64,000 nucleotides of DNA from Klebsiella phage KPN8: the sequence record OP079919.1; one strand, given 5' to 3'. A program made the translations under genes and the position numbers. Positions 38,688-47,935 of this stretch are shown in pieces (the first letter of the stretch is position 1; every line of letters starts with the position of its first letter). The notes under the pieces are model-generated. The model searched no databases and had not been told where the DNA came from. It was given only the letters and a program-made list of their open reading frames with translations.

Positions 38688-39911
38688 ATGTTCGAATATC
38701 TCATTCAGATAAATCAGGTTCTCTCTTCTGTCCCTATTATCGGTGGGAGTTTAGCGGTAGCCTTAGGCGGCGGGATCATTGCCGCCTTCTGGAAAGGTCC
38801 AGCGTTACTCTCGAGGATTTTTAACTCCACTGTTGTGGTTTCCTTCACTCTTAATAACTCAGGGTGGGGCAATAATACCAAGCACTACATTGCGTTTATT
38901 AAATGGTTTAACCGTTCAGATATTCTTAAGATAACGCGATCTACTGGTTACGAGGCCGTTTACGACAGCTCTGGTAAAGGGCCTAGTGTCGGCAGTCATT
39001 TATTTCGATTTAAGAATAAATGGTACTATCTCAAAATCAAAGAACTCCCTTCTACGGGAAGCGAGCGTGAGAAGAAAGAGATATGTATAAAGACGTTAGG
39101 GTGTTCTGTCAGCATTTTCGACGATCTCTTCGAGGCCTTTAAGGATAAGACGGATGACGACGGAGAACTCAAAGTAAAACGGTTCAGGGACAATTACTGG
39201 TACGACGCCTGTCTTCTCAGCAGAAGGTCGTGGGATACCGTCATCTTAAACAAAGAAAAGAAGGTGGAAATAGTCGAACTCATCGAAGAGTTTTACGCGT
39301 CGAGGGAGTGGTACCGAGAAAGAGGAATACCGTATAAACTCGTTATTGTTTTGTACGGCCCGGCCGGGACGGGTAAGAGTACTGTTATCAAAGCGTTAGC
39401 ACGCTTGTTTAACAAAAACCTTAACCTCATTTATCTTCACCAAATGACGGATAACACCTTCCCGGCCAGCATAGAGACGGTAGAGCAAGATTCTTTTATT
39501 GCCATAGAGGATTTTGATACGGTTTCTTCTATAGGGTCGAGGACCAAACCTAAGGAGGAAAAAGATCCGTTCCAAATAGACCTTTCAGACGGAGGATTAA
39601 ACCTGACCACTGTTTTAAATACATTGGATGGGATCGCCGAATTGAATGGTCAGGTCATCTTTATGTCAACCAACCATCTTGAAAAGATCGACAGTGCGCT
39701 GATCAGAACGGGTAGGGTGGATGCAAAAATCCACATCGGGTTTTTAGGTAAAGAAGAGGTCGGAGACTTTATTCAAATGATGTATCCCGGAACAGAAACT
39801 GATTTGGATTTTGTTACAGAAATCTCTGGGTCGGATCTTCAGTCGTATGCGTTAGCCAACAAAAGAAATTCGGAAGGTTTCTTAAAAGAGCTTAAGGACC
39901 ATTTTAAATAA
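38688..39911 (+). CDS. Bcs1-like AAA+ ATPase with N-terminal transmembrane segment
   Basis: TM PIIGGSLAVALGGGIIAAFW; Walker A YGPAGTGKST; IEDFD Walker B; LNTLDG...IFMSTNHLEKIDSALIRTGRVDAKIHIG matches BCS1 second region of homology. Confidence 0.8.
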   Translation: MFEYLIQINQVLSSVPIIGGSLAVALGGGIIAAFWKGPALLSRIFNSTVVVSFTLNNSGWGNNTKHYIAFIKWFNRSDILKITRSTGYEAVYDSSGKGPSVGSHLFRFKNKWYYLKIKELPSTGSEREKKEICIKTLGCSVSIFDDLFEAFKDKTDDDGELKVKRFRDNYWYDACLLSRRSWDTVILNKEKKVEIVELIEEFYASREWYRERGIPYKLVIVLYGPAGTGKSTVIKALARLFNKNLNLIYLHQMTDNTFPASIETVEQDSFIAIEDFDTVSSIGSRTKPKEEKDPFQIDLSDGGLNLTTVLNTLDGIAELNGQVIFMSTNHLEKIDSALIRTGRVDAKIHIGFLGKEEVGDFIQMMYPGTETDLDFVTEISGSDLQSYALANKRNSEGFLKELKDHFK

Positions 39912-39935
39912 CCTTTTATTTTAGGACAAACATCG

Positions 39936-40490
39936 ATGATTTTACAAGCAGTTAGCGTCGGTGGTAAGAAAACCACCATAGAAATAGAAGAAGGGCTTGT
40001 TAATGTTTGGCTGTTAGCTAAGCACGACGTCTTCTTACAAAACTTACCTCCTCTGGTTTGTCATGCATTGATTAAAGAGCATATCGAACGCAATATTACC
40101 CGTCGACCTGACATTCCTTTAACAGCCCAAGTACGCGAGCTGATGTACCGCGATATTACCATTAAGCTCAACGGTAAACCAAACTCGGTCATTCCCGTAA
40201 TTAAAGTAAGGCCGAGTAAAACCAGAAACCAGCTGAACCGAATCGTCAAAGAGTACTTCACGGTAAACAGCATGGAGTTCGATAAGAAACTCACTGTTGG
40301 TGAAATGCGTAAATTGGAGAAATACCTCCTTTCCTTTTACAAAGAACCCGTGCAGATTCACAAGAAAGAATTCCCTAATGGGGTTTATAAACTCATCGGC
40401 GTGGAATACGAAAATGAGCGGTTTGAAATAACCTTCTCTGACGATTTCTTCTTCGCTTTATATAAGGGCCCAGAATACCATGTTCAATAA
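39936..40490 (+). CDS. hypothetical protein (184 aa)
   Basis: TTATTTTAGGACAAACATCG-ATG. Confidence 0.65.
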   Translation: MILQAVSVGGKKTTIEIEEGLVNVWLLAKHDVFLQNLPPLVCHALIKEHIERNITRRPDIPLTAQVRELMYRDITIKLNGKPNSVIPVIKVRPSKTRNQLNRIVKEYFTVNSMEFDKKLTVGEMRKLEKYLLSFYKEPVQIHKKEFPNGVYKLIGVEYENERFEITFSDDFFFALYKGPEYHVQ

Positions 40491-40899
40491 TGTCATTTTA
40501 TTTGTCTATGACGATAGTGAGCTCGCTACCCAGTACACCGTGGCTAATAAAGGTGGAACAAGAAGATTAACAACCCCAGGTCACAGTGTTCTCTTATCTG
40601 ACGTCAAAGATAGAGTGGGGAAAAGCAGTTTCCATAACAGCATTGTGGTATTTGTACGAGGAGGGGCTTTCTTTGTTTTCATGTGCGGGTCCGTTCTATA
40701 CGGATTGGTGGGTGATCTCGATCACCTTCTGGATCACTTGTTGAAGATCAGGGACGAACTCAATACTCGGGCAGACATACGCAATCGGACAATACTGCAT
40801 ATCTCCGAGGCAGGATTCGGGCGGTACGACATCATTCCGACCATCGATCCCGTCGCGCACAAGGCATTGGCTGATTACCAAAATAATAAATTATTCTAA
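40480..40899 (+). CDS. hypothetical protein (139 aa)
   Basis: ORF; strong terminator follows. Confidence 0.55.
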   Translation: MFNNVILFVYDDSELATQYTVANKGGTRRLTTPGHSVLLSDVKDRVGKSSFHNSIVVFVRGGAFFVFMCGSVLYGLVGDLDHLLDHLLKIRDELNTRADIRNRTILHISEAGFGRYDIIPTIDPVAHKALADYQNNKLF

Positions 40900-40902
40900 C
40901 AG

Positions 40903-40948
40903 TTACTGGAGTGGGGATGACCCCACTCCAGTAAGTTATTTTTTTTTT
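40903..40948 (+). terminator. strong intrinsic terminator (TTACTGGAGTGGGG-atga-CCCCACTCCAGTAA + T10)
   Basis: 14-bp perfect stem, T-run. Confidence 0.85.
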
Positions 40949-40964
40949 CATATTATTTTAAAAC

Positions 40965-40972
40965 TATATTAC
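40965..40972 (+). promoter_or_regulatory. TATATTAC box, candidate phage promoter
   Basis: exact 8-mer 43 nt upstream of ATG 41016, directly after terminator. Confidence 0.35.
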
Positions 40973-41015
40973 CTAAACGTATAGACAACTTCTTTTATTT
41001 AACTGGAGTAGTAAA

Positions 41016-41264
41016 ATGATTTATTTCGATTTAGATTTTTTACTCGGGTCTAAGATCACGAAAGAAGAATTTAAGGAACTATTTCCGGATGCGGATCCCG
41101 ACCACCTATCCTGTTCTTCTACCGAGGAGGAAATCGATTTCGAAAATGCTTTTTGTGCGGAAGATCCTTATGATTCGGAAATCCTTCACCGATCTGTACC
41201 CATAATCGAAGGATCAAAATCAGATTTAATTTCGTCATACAAATTAGCGGAGGATGAGATATGA
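41016..41264 (+). CDS. small acidic protein (82 aa)
   Basis: GGAGTAGTAAA-ATG; ATGA coupling to NTase. Confidence 0.55.
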   Translation: MIYFDLDFLLGSKITKEEFKELFPDADPDHLSCSSTEEEIDFENAFCAEDPYDSEILHRSVPIIEGSKSDLISSYKLAEDEI

Positions 41265-42253
41265 TTATTGCTTTAAAAACGTTTGTTGGTAGTAAACTGT
41301 TTGGATTAGAAACAGAGAATTCGGATACGGATATAAAGGGAATTTATATTCCTTCTGCTAAGGATATTCTTCTGCATCGTTATCACCCTGTGATCGATAA
41401 ATCTTTTAATAAGGGGACTTATCGAGCCAACAAGCCGGAAGATACAGATGAAGTCTATTTCTCTTTGGACAAGTTTATCGAGCTTCTCATAAAAGCCGAT
41501 ACAACGGCTTTCGATATGCTGCACGCACCAGAAAGTAAAATCCTCATCTCCACTGACATTCATCACGAGCTTTGGAGAAACCGGTCCAAGTTTTATACTA
41601 GCCGATTGGATGGTCTGTTCGGCCAGGTTATTACCGAAGCGAATACTTACGGTGTTCGGAGTATGCGAGCTGCCGTTTTAAAAGAGGTCGTTGAAATCGT
41701 TTCTTCGTGGGATGATTTTAAATTGTCGGGATGCAGATTGGGCGGACTGATTTCTCAGCTCCCAGTCGATAACGTGTACACGCGTATAACGCGGGATGAG
41801 ACACAGAGGGCTGGCTGTCAGGATTTCTATGAAATTCTAGATCGTAAATTTCAGTACACCATCTCGGCTTTGAAATTCAAAACTGCTATTCTGGAATTAT
41901 GGTCTTCCTACGGAGAAAGGGTTAAGAAGGTGGAGTTATCTGGGGGTAATGATTGGAAGGCGTTAAGTCATGCTTTCAGAATCGGATATCAGCTGTTAGA
42001 TATCTACCGAGAAGGCGATTACACTTTTCCTTTAAAGCAAAGCTCTACGATTATGAAAATTAAACTCGGGGAGGTTTCAGAAGAAGAATCAAGAGAAATG
42101 CTGAATCAACTCATTTCCGATGTTAAAACTGCAGCAGGTAAATCCGGACTTCCCACTGAGGTTGACCCAGAACCCTGGTACGATTGGGTCGCGGACGTTT
42201 ACGCTGGAGTAGTTAAGAAAGCTTACTTACCTAAGGGGTTTAGATTGTCATGA
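41261..42253 (+). CDS. Pol-beta superfamily nucleotidyltransferase (PF10127-like)
   Basis: GS-x9-DTD motif (VGSKLFGLETENSDTDIKGIYIP) plus downstream AFDMLH acidic; 330 aa. Confidence 0.6.
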   Translation: MIIALKTFVGSKLFGLETENSDTDIKGIYIPSAKDILLHRYHPVIDKSFNKGTYRANKPEDTDEVYFSLDKFIELLIKADTTAFDMLHAPESKILISTDIHHELWRNRSKFYTSRLDGLFGQVITEANTYGVRSMRAAVLKEVVEIVSSWDDFKLSGCRLGGLISQLPVDNVYTRITRDETQRAGCQDFYEILDRKFQYTISALKFKTAILELWSSYGERVKKVELSGGNDWKALSHAFRIGYQLLDIYREGDYTFPLKQSSTIMKIKLGEVSEEESREMLNQLISDVKTAAGKSGLPTEVDPEPWYDWVADVYAGVVKKAYLPKGFRLS

Positions 42254-42438
42254 CGCCGACGATGATTTTAGGAAGTTGTTTTGTGGTAGGGGGTTTTATC
42301 TTCCTTTACGTCTTAATCAGAATCTTAATTAAGAACAGCTTAGATGGCTTCGACCGAATGTTTATTGCGGGGGCTGGGTTAACAGCCGTCGGCTTTATTA
42401 TTTTCTCAGCAGGGTTGATACAGGGGGTTGCGCCGTGA
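42250..42438 (+). CDS. small 2-TM membrane protein (62 aa)
   Basis: ATGA overlap with NTase; two hydrophobic helices. Confidence 0.5.
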   Translation: MTPTMILGSCFVVGGFIFLYVLIRILIKNSLDGFDRMFIAGAGLTAVGFIIFSAGLIQGVAP

Positions 42439-42722
42439 ACGAAGAAACCATTGCGATTATTTTGACAAAAGATAAAGTTATTAACGATCTTCCATGTGAG
42501 CTTCGAGAATGGGTGACTTGCTGGAACCACGAAGGTTTCTTTGTATTAGGTCGATCAGGTCAGTTTCCCTGGGGTACCATTTGCTGCATTGGGGAGGGTA
42601 TTCCCGAGTTTATTACTTCGGAAGAAGCTGAGAAAATATTAATCAAAGCAAAGGCGGTCGCCAAGGTATTAGAAGAGGCATATCACGATTTTGCCAAGAC
42701 GTCTTTCCTTACCCCTGAGTAA
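42435..42722 (+). CDS. hypothetical protein (95 aa, GTG start, Cys-rich)
   Basis: GTGA overlap coupling. Confidence 0.45.
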   Translation: MNEETIAIILTKDKVINDLPCELREWVTCWNHEGFFVLGRSGQFPWGTICCIGEGIPEFITSEEAEKILIKAKAVAKVLEEAYHDFAKTSFLTPE

Positions 42723-42814
42723 AGATTCGGCATTCAACACATCAGGTGGTTACGAACACTACACCGCCAAACGTAGTTTAAAGCCCAGTGGGCTAAGATT
42801 AAGGAATCATTGAA

Positions 42815-43081
42815 ATGAAATATTTCTTAGGGTTGTTAGTTTTGTGTTGCAGTCTGTCCTATGCGAAAAACTCCACATTAAACGGGAGTTGTGTCGCAAT
42901 GGATCATTACGAAAAGACGGTTTATCAGTGCAGTGATGGAACGGTAACCGTCATGGACCAAGACAATGCGACCATTTGTCGTCCTAATGATTCAGCTGTT
43001 ACCGGGGGTGCTCAGCGCTGTTACCGGGTGGATTTAAAAACTGGTGAGTCGCATGAAGTAGAAAAAGGAGTTAACAAATGA
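42815..43081 (+). CDS. small secreted Cys-containing protein (88 aa)
   Basis: signal peptide MKYFLGLLVLCCSLSYA. Confidence 0.55.
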   Translation: MKYFLGLLVLCCSLSYAKNSTLNGSCVAMDHYEKTVYQCSDGTVTVMDQDNATICRPNDSAVTGGAQRCYRVDLKTGESHEVEKGVNK

Positions 43082-43290
43082 TTGATTTCTTTTTCGCTCC
43101 GGTTTCTAAGGGATGGTTTATCGTTCAGGTCATGTGTACGGTTTACATTTTACTAAAATGCGTAACGTCCTATATCGAATACTGCAAGAACCCGAATAAA
43201 ACCGATCTGATCATTTATTGGATTCAGGCGGGACTCGGGATAATCGTAACAACAAAAACGATTTGTTTCTTGGCGGCTGGAAGTTTCTAA
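43078..43290 (+). CDS. small membrane protein (70 aa)
   Basis: ATGA overlap; 2 TM. Confidence 0.5.
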   Translation: MIDFFFAPVSKGWFIVQVMCTVYILLKCVTSYIEYCKNPNKTDLIIYWIQAGLGIIVTTKTICFLAAGSF

Positions 43291-43366
43291 ATGAAAAGCG
43301 TTCCCAGTCAACCAGGGATAAACTCAGACGCTTGAAAATCCACAGCACCCTGGAGGTTCCTTTGGT

Positions 43367-43705
43367 ATGGAACATGAATTAAAAATAGCTTTAGCGAGTT
43401 ACGGAAGATTAACTATATTAAACCCACTCAGGGGGATCATAGGACATTTTGTCCCAAGATTAATAGTAGAGTGGTCAGTAGAAGAGAGAACGCTCAGATT
43501 CCGTCCTAGCGGCACTGAGGGGAATAAGTATTATAAAGGGTTTATTAAGTTAAGTCCTACCGCATGCGTCCATTTAATAGCACCTATTCTTAGAAAAGCA
43601 GAATACGGTAAAAAGATGGATAATCCAGATATCGTTGAAGTTCTCGGACACACTGTTACAATCAAAGTCAAAGAACAAGACGGCTGGTATTGCGCACAAT
43701 TTTAA
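43367..43705 (+). CDS. hypothetical protein (112 aa)
   Basis: GGAGGTTCCTTTGGT-ATG. Confidence 0.6.
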   Translation: MEHELKIALASYGRLTILNPLRGIIGHFVPRLIVEWSVEERTLRFRPSGTEGNKYYKGFIKLSPTACVHLIAPILRKAEYGKKMDNPDIVEVLGHTVTIKVKEQDGWYCAQF

Positions 43706-43732
43706 CTCGAGTATCAATTTAGGAAAAATATC

Positions 43733-44182
43733 ATGCAATTAGATAACATTTGGTTTTTCGGTATAGACGCAGAAGATCTAGAAAATTTTAAAGCGATCTT
43801 TACCGTAGAAGGGTTAAAGGAACCCTTTGATTTTAATTTCATTCCCTTCACCATTTCGCCTCAGTCGATGGTCGCTCACACTAAAGAACTGACGATCACG
43901 CTTTACCCCGTTAAAGAGAAAATTTTATTAAATGGTAAAGTAGAACAAACGATCTTTAAAGGTTCCGACGGAAGGTTGTATTTTAACCTGGGTTCGATTA
44001 TCCAGGTGATGAATAGCCAAATAGCCGCCTTTGTAGCCAAATCCTTTTCTGGGTTTAATAAACTAGGCTGGTTTATTAAAGAGATCGACGGAAGTTTTAT
44101 CCTATTCAACGTCCAGAGCTTCAGTGACGAGGGGTTGATTAAACTGTATCGATCCTCTAGCGTAACCGATAGCTCCAATTAA
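43733..44182 (+). CDS. hypothetical protein (149 aa)
   Basis: CAATTTAGGAAAAATATC-ATG. Confidence 0.65.
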   Translation: MQLDNIWFFGIDAEDLENFKAIFTVEGLKEPFDFNFIPFTISPQSMVAHTKELTITLYPVKEKILLNGKVEQTIFKGSDGRLYFNLGSIIQVMNSQIAAFVAKSFSGFNKLGWFIKEIDGSFILFNVQSFSDEGLIKLYRSSSVTDSSN

Positions 44183-44191
44183 GGAAACTTT

Positions 44192-44599
44192 ATGTTCGTT
44201 CCAATAAACTCCGTGGTGGATGATCGCCCCAAAATAACAGATGACGTTATCAGTATTTCTAAGACCGGACTATGTCGGTTTTACGAGGCCTTTGGTAAAA
44301 AGATCACGGCCGACGGTAATAGTTTGGTGGTAGAGTACGATCCCCTTCTCCGAACTATTCGATTCAAATCTTCGGCTACGGGAAACCGAAAAATAAAAAA
44401 CATGGCGTTTACTATTAAGGGTCGGATCGCTAAAGAGATAGTGGGGTCTATCCTTACTTCTTTCTTACACGGGGCGTATTTCGAGAAGTGTAAACGAACT
44501 GGTTTCAATACCGTGGCTTTTATACCCACTCTAAAAAGCGATGGTTGGTATTATATCGAACCAGGTAAAAGGGTAGGAAAAGGAGAATCATCGTGGTAA
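44192..44599 (+). CDS. hypothetical protein (135 aa)
   Basis: AAGGAAACTTT-ATG. Confidence 0.6.
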   Translation: MFVPINSVVDDRPKITDDVISISKTGLCRFYEAFGKKITADGNSLVVEYDPLLRTIRFKSSATGNRKIKNMAFTIKGRIAKEIVGSILTSFLHGAYFEKCKRTGFNTVAFIPTLKSDGWYYIEPGKRVGKGESSW

Positions 44600-44784
44600 T
44601 CTCAAATGCCGTTATTGTTTTAGTAGTTTGGCTCACCGTTATCCCTCTCCTAATCTGGGAGACACGTAACGACGGTTACAAGCCGTTGAAGCGCTATATC
44701 TTCATCGTCATATGGCCTATCTCTGCGGTAGGGATATTCGTACATATCGTCTGGCAACTCCTGAAATATAAAGGATGGAAATAA
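44593..44784 (+). CDS. small membrane protein (63 aa, GTG start)
   Basis: AGGAG 7 nt before GTG; 2 TM. Confidence 0.5.
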   Translation: MVISNAVIVLVVWLTVIPLLIWETRNDGYKPLKRYIFIVIWPISAVGIFVHIVWQLLKYKGWK

Positions 44785-45131
44785 TGGGAATATTCTACGC
44801 CGGATTAATCCTTATTACCGGCCTTTTATTCGGGGTGGGATACTTTCTCTTTAAAAAGAGAAAAGACCCGCAGCTGGTATACTGGGACGACTGGATAAAA
44901 CTTCATTGGAAGAAGTTTTTAATCGTCTTAACAATCACGCTGGGTGTTTATACTCTAATTTGTATCAAGCCCCTTTATCACACAACCAAATGTTATTTCT
45001 ACGGTAAAACGTATAAGACGTATACTGAATACAGTTGGATTCTTGGTGAGTGTTTGTATAAAGGTAAGACGGGGGCGATGTTGCCTTTGCAGATCACTCG
45101 GGATAATCCAGACGGAGACGTCGAGGAGTAG
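44775..45131 (+). CDS. membrane protein (118 aa)
   Basis: 2 TM; overlap coupling. Confidence 0.55.
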   Translation: MEIMGIFYAGLILITGLLFGVGYFLFKKRKDPQLVYWDDWIKLHWKKFLIVLTITLGVYTLICIKPLYHTTKCYFYGKTYKTYTEYSWILGECLYKGKTGAMLPLQITRDNPDGDVEE

Positions 45132-45134
45132 AAC

Positions 45135-45572
45135 ATGATTTGGGTAAAACAAGCCTGTTCGTTATGGTACGAAAAAAGAACATTGAAGGACTGGGGAGAA
45201 ATCCTTACTTTTATTAGTATGTTCTGTTTGATTGTAACACTATGTGCGAGTTTTGCAACTAGTTCAGTTCTTTGGCTAACATTGTGTGCGATCAATATAG
45301 TACTGATGATTTCTTTAGGGCCTTTGTTCGACTGGTTACACAAAAACAAATCCACGATCGTAATGAGGGTAGAGCGCGAAAGGATGTTAAAAGATCCTTT
45401 CGATAGCATGATCCATGCTTATCTGGAAACAGACGGCGCTGATATTGAAGAACTGTTGGACGTACTGCGAATGGATTCGTTTACGTTACACAATCAAATT
45501 AAAAACACGGAGCTTAAAAGTAGGGTGTCTGACGCTATCGCCAAGATGCAGCGAAAACAAAGCTCAAATTAA
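45135..45572 (+). CDS. membrane protein (145 aa)
   Basis: GAGGAGTAGAAC-ATG; 2 TM. Confidence 0.55.
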   Translation: MIWVKQACSLWYEKRTLKDWGEILTFISMFCLIVTLCASFATSSVLWLTLCAINIVLMISLGPLFDWLHKNKSTIVMRVERERMLKDPFDSMIHAYLETDGADIEELLDVLRMDSFTLHNQIKNTELKSRVSDAIAKMQRKQSSN

Positions 45573-45584
45573 TTAGGAAAACAA

Positions 45585-46448
45585 ATGAAAACAGCAGAAC
45601 AACAGTATTTGGATTTAGGGTCTCGCATTGTCGAAGAAGGTGTGTGGGTAGAAAACAAACGAACCGGTGTGCGGTGCTTAACCGTGGCTAATGAGACCCT
45701 TCATTACGACGTGGAAAACGGGTTGACTCCTGTTCTCTCCACTCGCCCCGTCCCTTATAAAGGAGGGTTAGGCGAATTCATCGCTTACCTGCAAGGGAAA
45801 GGGAACGCTGCTGAATTCCGCGAACTGGGTTCCAACACCTGGAACTCCAATGCCAATGAGAACGAAGCCTGGTTGAAAAATCCTAACCGTAAGGGCGAGG
45901 ATGACATGGGTCGGGTCTATGGCGTTCAAGGTCGAGATTGGACCAACCAATTCGGTGCTAAGTTAGACCAGCTGAAGAAAATCATCGACAACCTTAATCG
46001 AGGAATCGATGATCGCGGAGAGATTCTGACTTTCTGGAATCCCGGAGAATTTGATTATGGGTGTTTGCGTCCTTGTATGCACACGCACCAGTTTACCCTA
46101 CTCGGCAATAAACTCCACCTCACCTCGGTGCAAAGAAGCTTCGATTGGGCGTTAGGTGGACCGGCAAATATGCTTCAATGTTATTTCTTCTTACAGCTGA
46201 TGGCTCAGGTCACGGGACATATCGCCGGTCAGGTCACTCATCACGTGGTCAACGCGCATATCTACGAGAACCAGCTGGAGTTGGCTAAAGAGCAACTCAA
46301 AAGAACTCCTCACCGAACAGATACTCAGTTCTGGGTTAATCCAAATATCCGCACCCTGGAAGATATCGATAAGATGACTAAGAACGACGTCAAACTTATC
46401 GGTTACTTCAGTGACTACGACCCGATCAAATATCCGTTTACGGTGTAA
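45585..46448 (+). CDS. thyA: thymidylate synthase-family enzyme (ThyA-like; TS or dUMP hydroxymethylase)
   Basis: QYLDLGSRIVEEG..NKRTG; catalytic LRPCMHTHQF (PCH Cys); VQRSFDWALGGPAN (Asn at uracil-specificity position); NAHIY; 287 aa. Confidence 0.8.
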   Translation: MKTAEQQYLDLGSRIVEEGVWVENKRTGVRCLTVANETLHYDVENGLTPVLSTRPVPYKGGLGEFIAYLQGKGNAAEFRELGSNTWNSNANENEAWLKNPNRKGEDDMGRVYGVQGRDWTNQFGAKLDQLKKIIDNLNRGIDDRGEILTFWNPGEFDYGCLRPCMHTHQFTLLGNKLHLTSVQRSFDWALGGPANMLQCYFFLQLMAQVTGHIAGQVTHHVVNAHIYENQLELAKEQLKRTPHRTDTQFWVNPNIRTLEDIDKMTKNDVKLIGYFSDYDPIKYPFTV

Positions 46449-46462
46449 CTTGCAATAAAACA

Positions 46463-46518
46463 AAAACTTTATCCTACCTGGGAATCCCAGGTAGGATAAA
46501 TAAAGTTTATCTTTTTTG
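46463..46518. terminator. bidirectional terminator between convergent genes (ATCCTACCTGGG-aat-CCCAGGTAGGAT, T-rich both sides)
   Basis: 12-bp perfect stem with extended imperfect arms. Confidence 0.8.
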
Positions 46519-46887
46519 GATGACGTTGCCCTCAGCTTTACGTTTGGTAAAATGAGAGGATCCGCAGAGTCGGACGAATACCCACATTACAAGCCAGTAG
46601 CGCCAGCTGAGTTTTAAACGATAACGCATATTGTCTCGGAAGAGATTGTCACACTCTTTCCTTTCGTATAACCCGGAACCGTACATGTAATCGTGCACAG
46701 CTGCAGCCGGGAAATATTTATAGTAAGCTGGGTATAAACCCTGTAGCCAACGAGGAACACTCGCCCCGTCCGTTACCAAGCCTTTAGGGACGGTGACCTC
46801 TGGGGTCGGGTAATCTTCTCTGAACCGAAATTTATCCTCGGTTATAACGTAGTCAAGCGGGATGTCGGTAAAACTAAATTCTTCCAT
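46507..46887 (-). CDS. DUF1353-like protein
   Basis: GLVTDGASVPRW...AAAVHDYMYG motif typical of DUF1353; only short minus-strand gene in region. Confidence 0.55.
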   Translation of the reverse strand: MEEFSFTDIPLDYVITEDKFRFREDYPTPEVTVPKGLVTDGASVPRWLQGLYPAYYKYFPAAAVHDYMYGSGLYERKECDNLFRDNMRYRLKLSWRYWLVMWVFVRLCGSSHFTKRKAEGNVIQKR

Positions 46888-46963
46888 TTCGCTATTCTCT
46901 GAATTAGTTAGTAATAAACGATCATAGCATTTTAGACTTTCGACACATAGAAGTTTTCAGTTC

Positions 46964-46971
46964 TATATTAC
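46964..46971 (+). promoter_or_regulatory. TATATTAC box, candidate phage promoter
   Basis: exact 8-mer 39 nt upstream of ATG 47010 in divergent intergenic region. Confidence 0.35.
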
Positions 46972-47009
46972 CGTTATGTAAACACAACCTATCATTTAGG
47001 AAAGCCATC

Positions 47010-47492
47010 ATGGAACTCGTTAATCAAAAAGTTTATATTGTTAAGCCAGGCGATACTCTGTCAGAGATAGCAAACCATTTTTGTGGGAATCCTGCTATCG
47101 GATACGATATAGCTGAGGACAACGGCATTATCAACGCCGGACTCATCTATCAAGGGCAAAGAATCTGGATAAGGGAGGGATTCCTAAAGGAAGAATTTAA
47201 GGGCGCTCCTAATACCCAACCCAAAGAAGAACCTTTCAGAGAAGGGCAGCATGTTCAAATCACCCCATCTGGTAAATTAACAAGACTGGATCTTCATGAC
47301 TTGTGTTGGAATACCGAACCATTAGCTAAGGGTTTCTTCGTGATTGTCGAAATACATCCAAATCAGACAGAGCTTTTAGTGCAAGATAATAAGAACCGCC
47401 ATTATTACTTCAATCTAAATGAATTGAAGGAACTTATTCGGGTTCGTGGGGCGATAGAAATTTCCCCTAATCGTTTTATGCCGTTTAGCTAA
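47010..47492 (+). CDS. LysM domain protein
   Basis: YIVKPGDTLSEIANHF...GLIYQGQRIWI LysM consensus at N-terminus. Confidence 0.7.
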   Translation: MELVNQKVYIVKPGDTLSEIANHFCGNPAIGYDIAEDNGIINAGLIYQGQRIWIREGFLKEEFKGAPNTQPKEEPFREGQHVQITPSGKLTRLDLHDLCWNTEPLAKGFFVIVEIHPNQTELLVQDNKNRHYYFNLNELKELIRVRGAIEISPNRFMPFS

Positions 47493-47507
47493 ATCCCCGA
47501 GGTTCGC

Positions 47508-47924
47508 ATGAAAAAGATTGTCTTATATTTATTCCCTCGATCTTCGCTCATCCCACCCATGAGTGTTCCACCTACTCGCAAGGCAGACCTCCTAAAAGAG
47601 TTGGAGGATGTTGACGGGTGGATCTCGGATATACAAGAGATCACGGAACTCGGTATTGAAGTTCGACAACACGAATTCCTGATTACCGATGACGGGTTTA
47701 ACGTTATCGCCAAAGAGTGGGAAGTTCACTTTAATGATCCCGACATTTATTGCATGCTCGAAGTATACGGGCTTCCAAAAAATATACGGGATAAAATTAT
47801 TGTCGGACTGAAAGGAATTAAGGAATTATTTACGTCGAGGGTTTGTTCGTTCCTCTCGGTGATTCCTGAAGAAACGATGGTTTTAATCGAAGCTCAACCC
47901 GTCGAAGAAGACGAACAACTTTAG
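47508..47924 (+). CDS. acidic hypothetical protein, paralog A (138 aa)
   Basis: DGWISDIQEITELG motif shared with next gene. Confidence 0.55.
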   Translation: MKKIVLYLFPRSSLIPPMSVPPTRKADLLKELEDVDGWISDIQEITELGIEVRQHEFLITDDGFNVIAKEWEVHFNDPDIYCMLEVYGLPKNIRDKIIVGLKGIKELFTSRVCSFLSVIPEETMVLIEAQPVEEDEQL

Positions 47925-47935
47925 GATTTAACATC

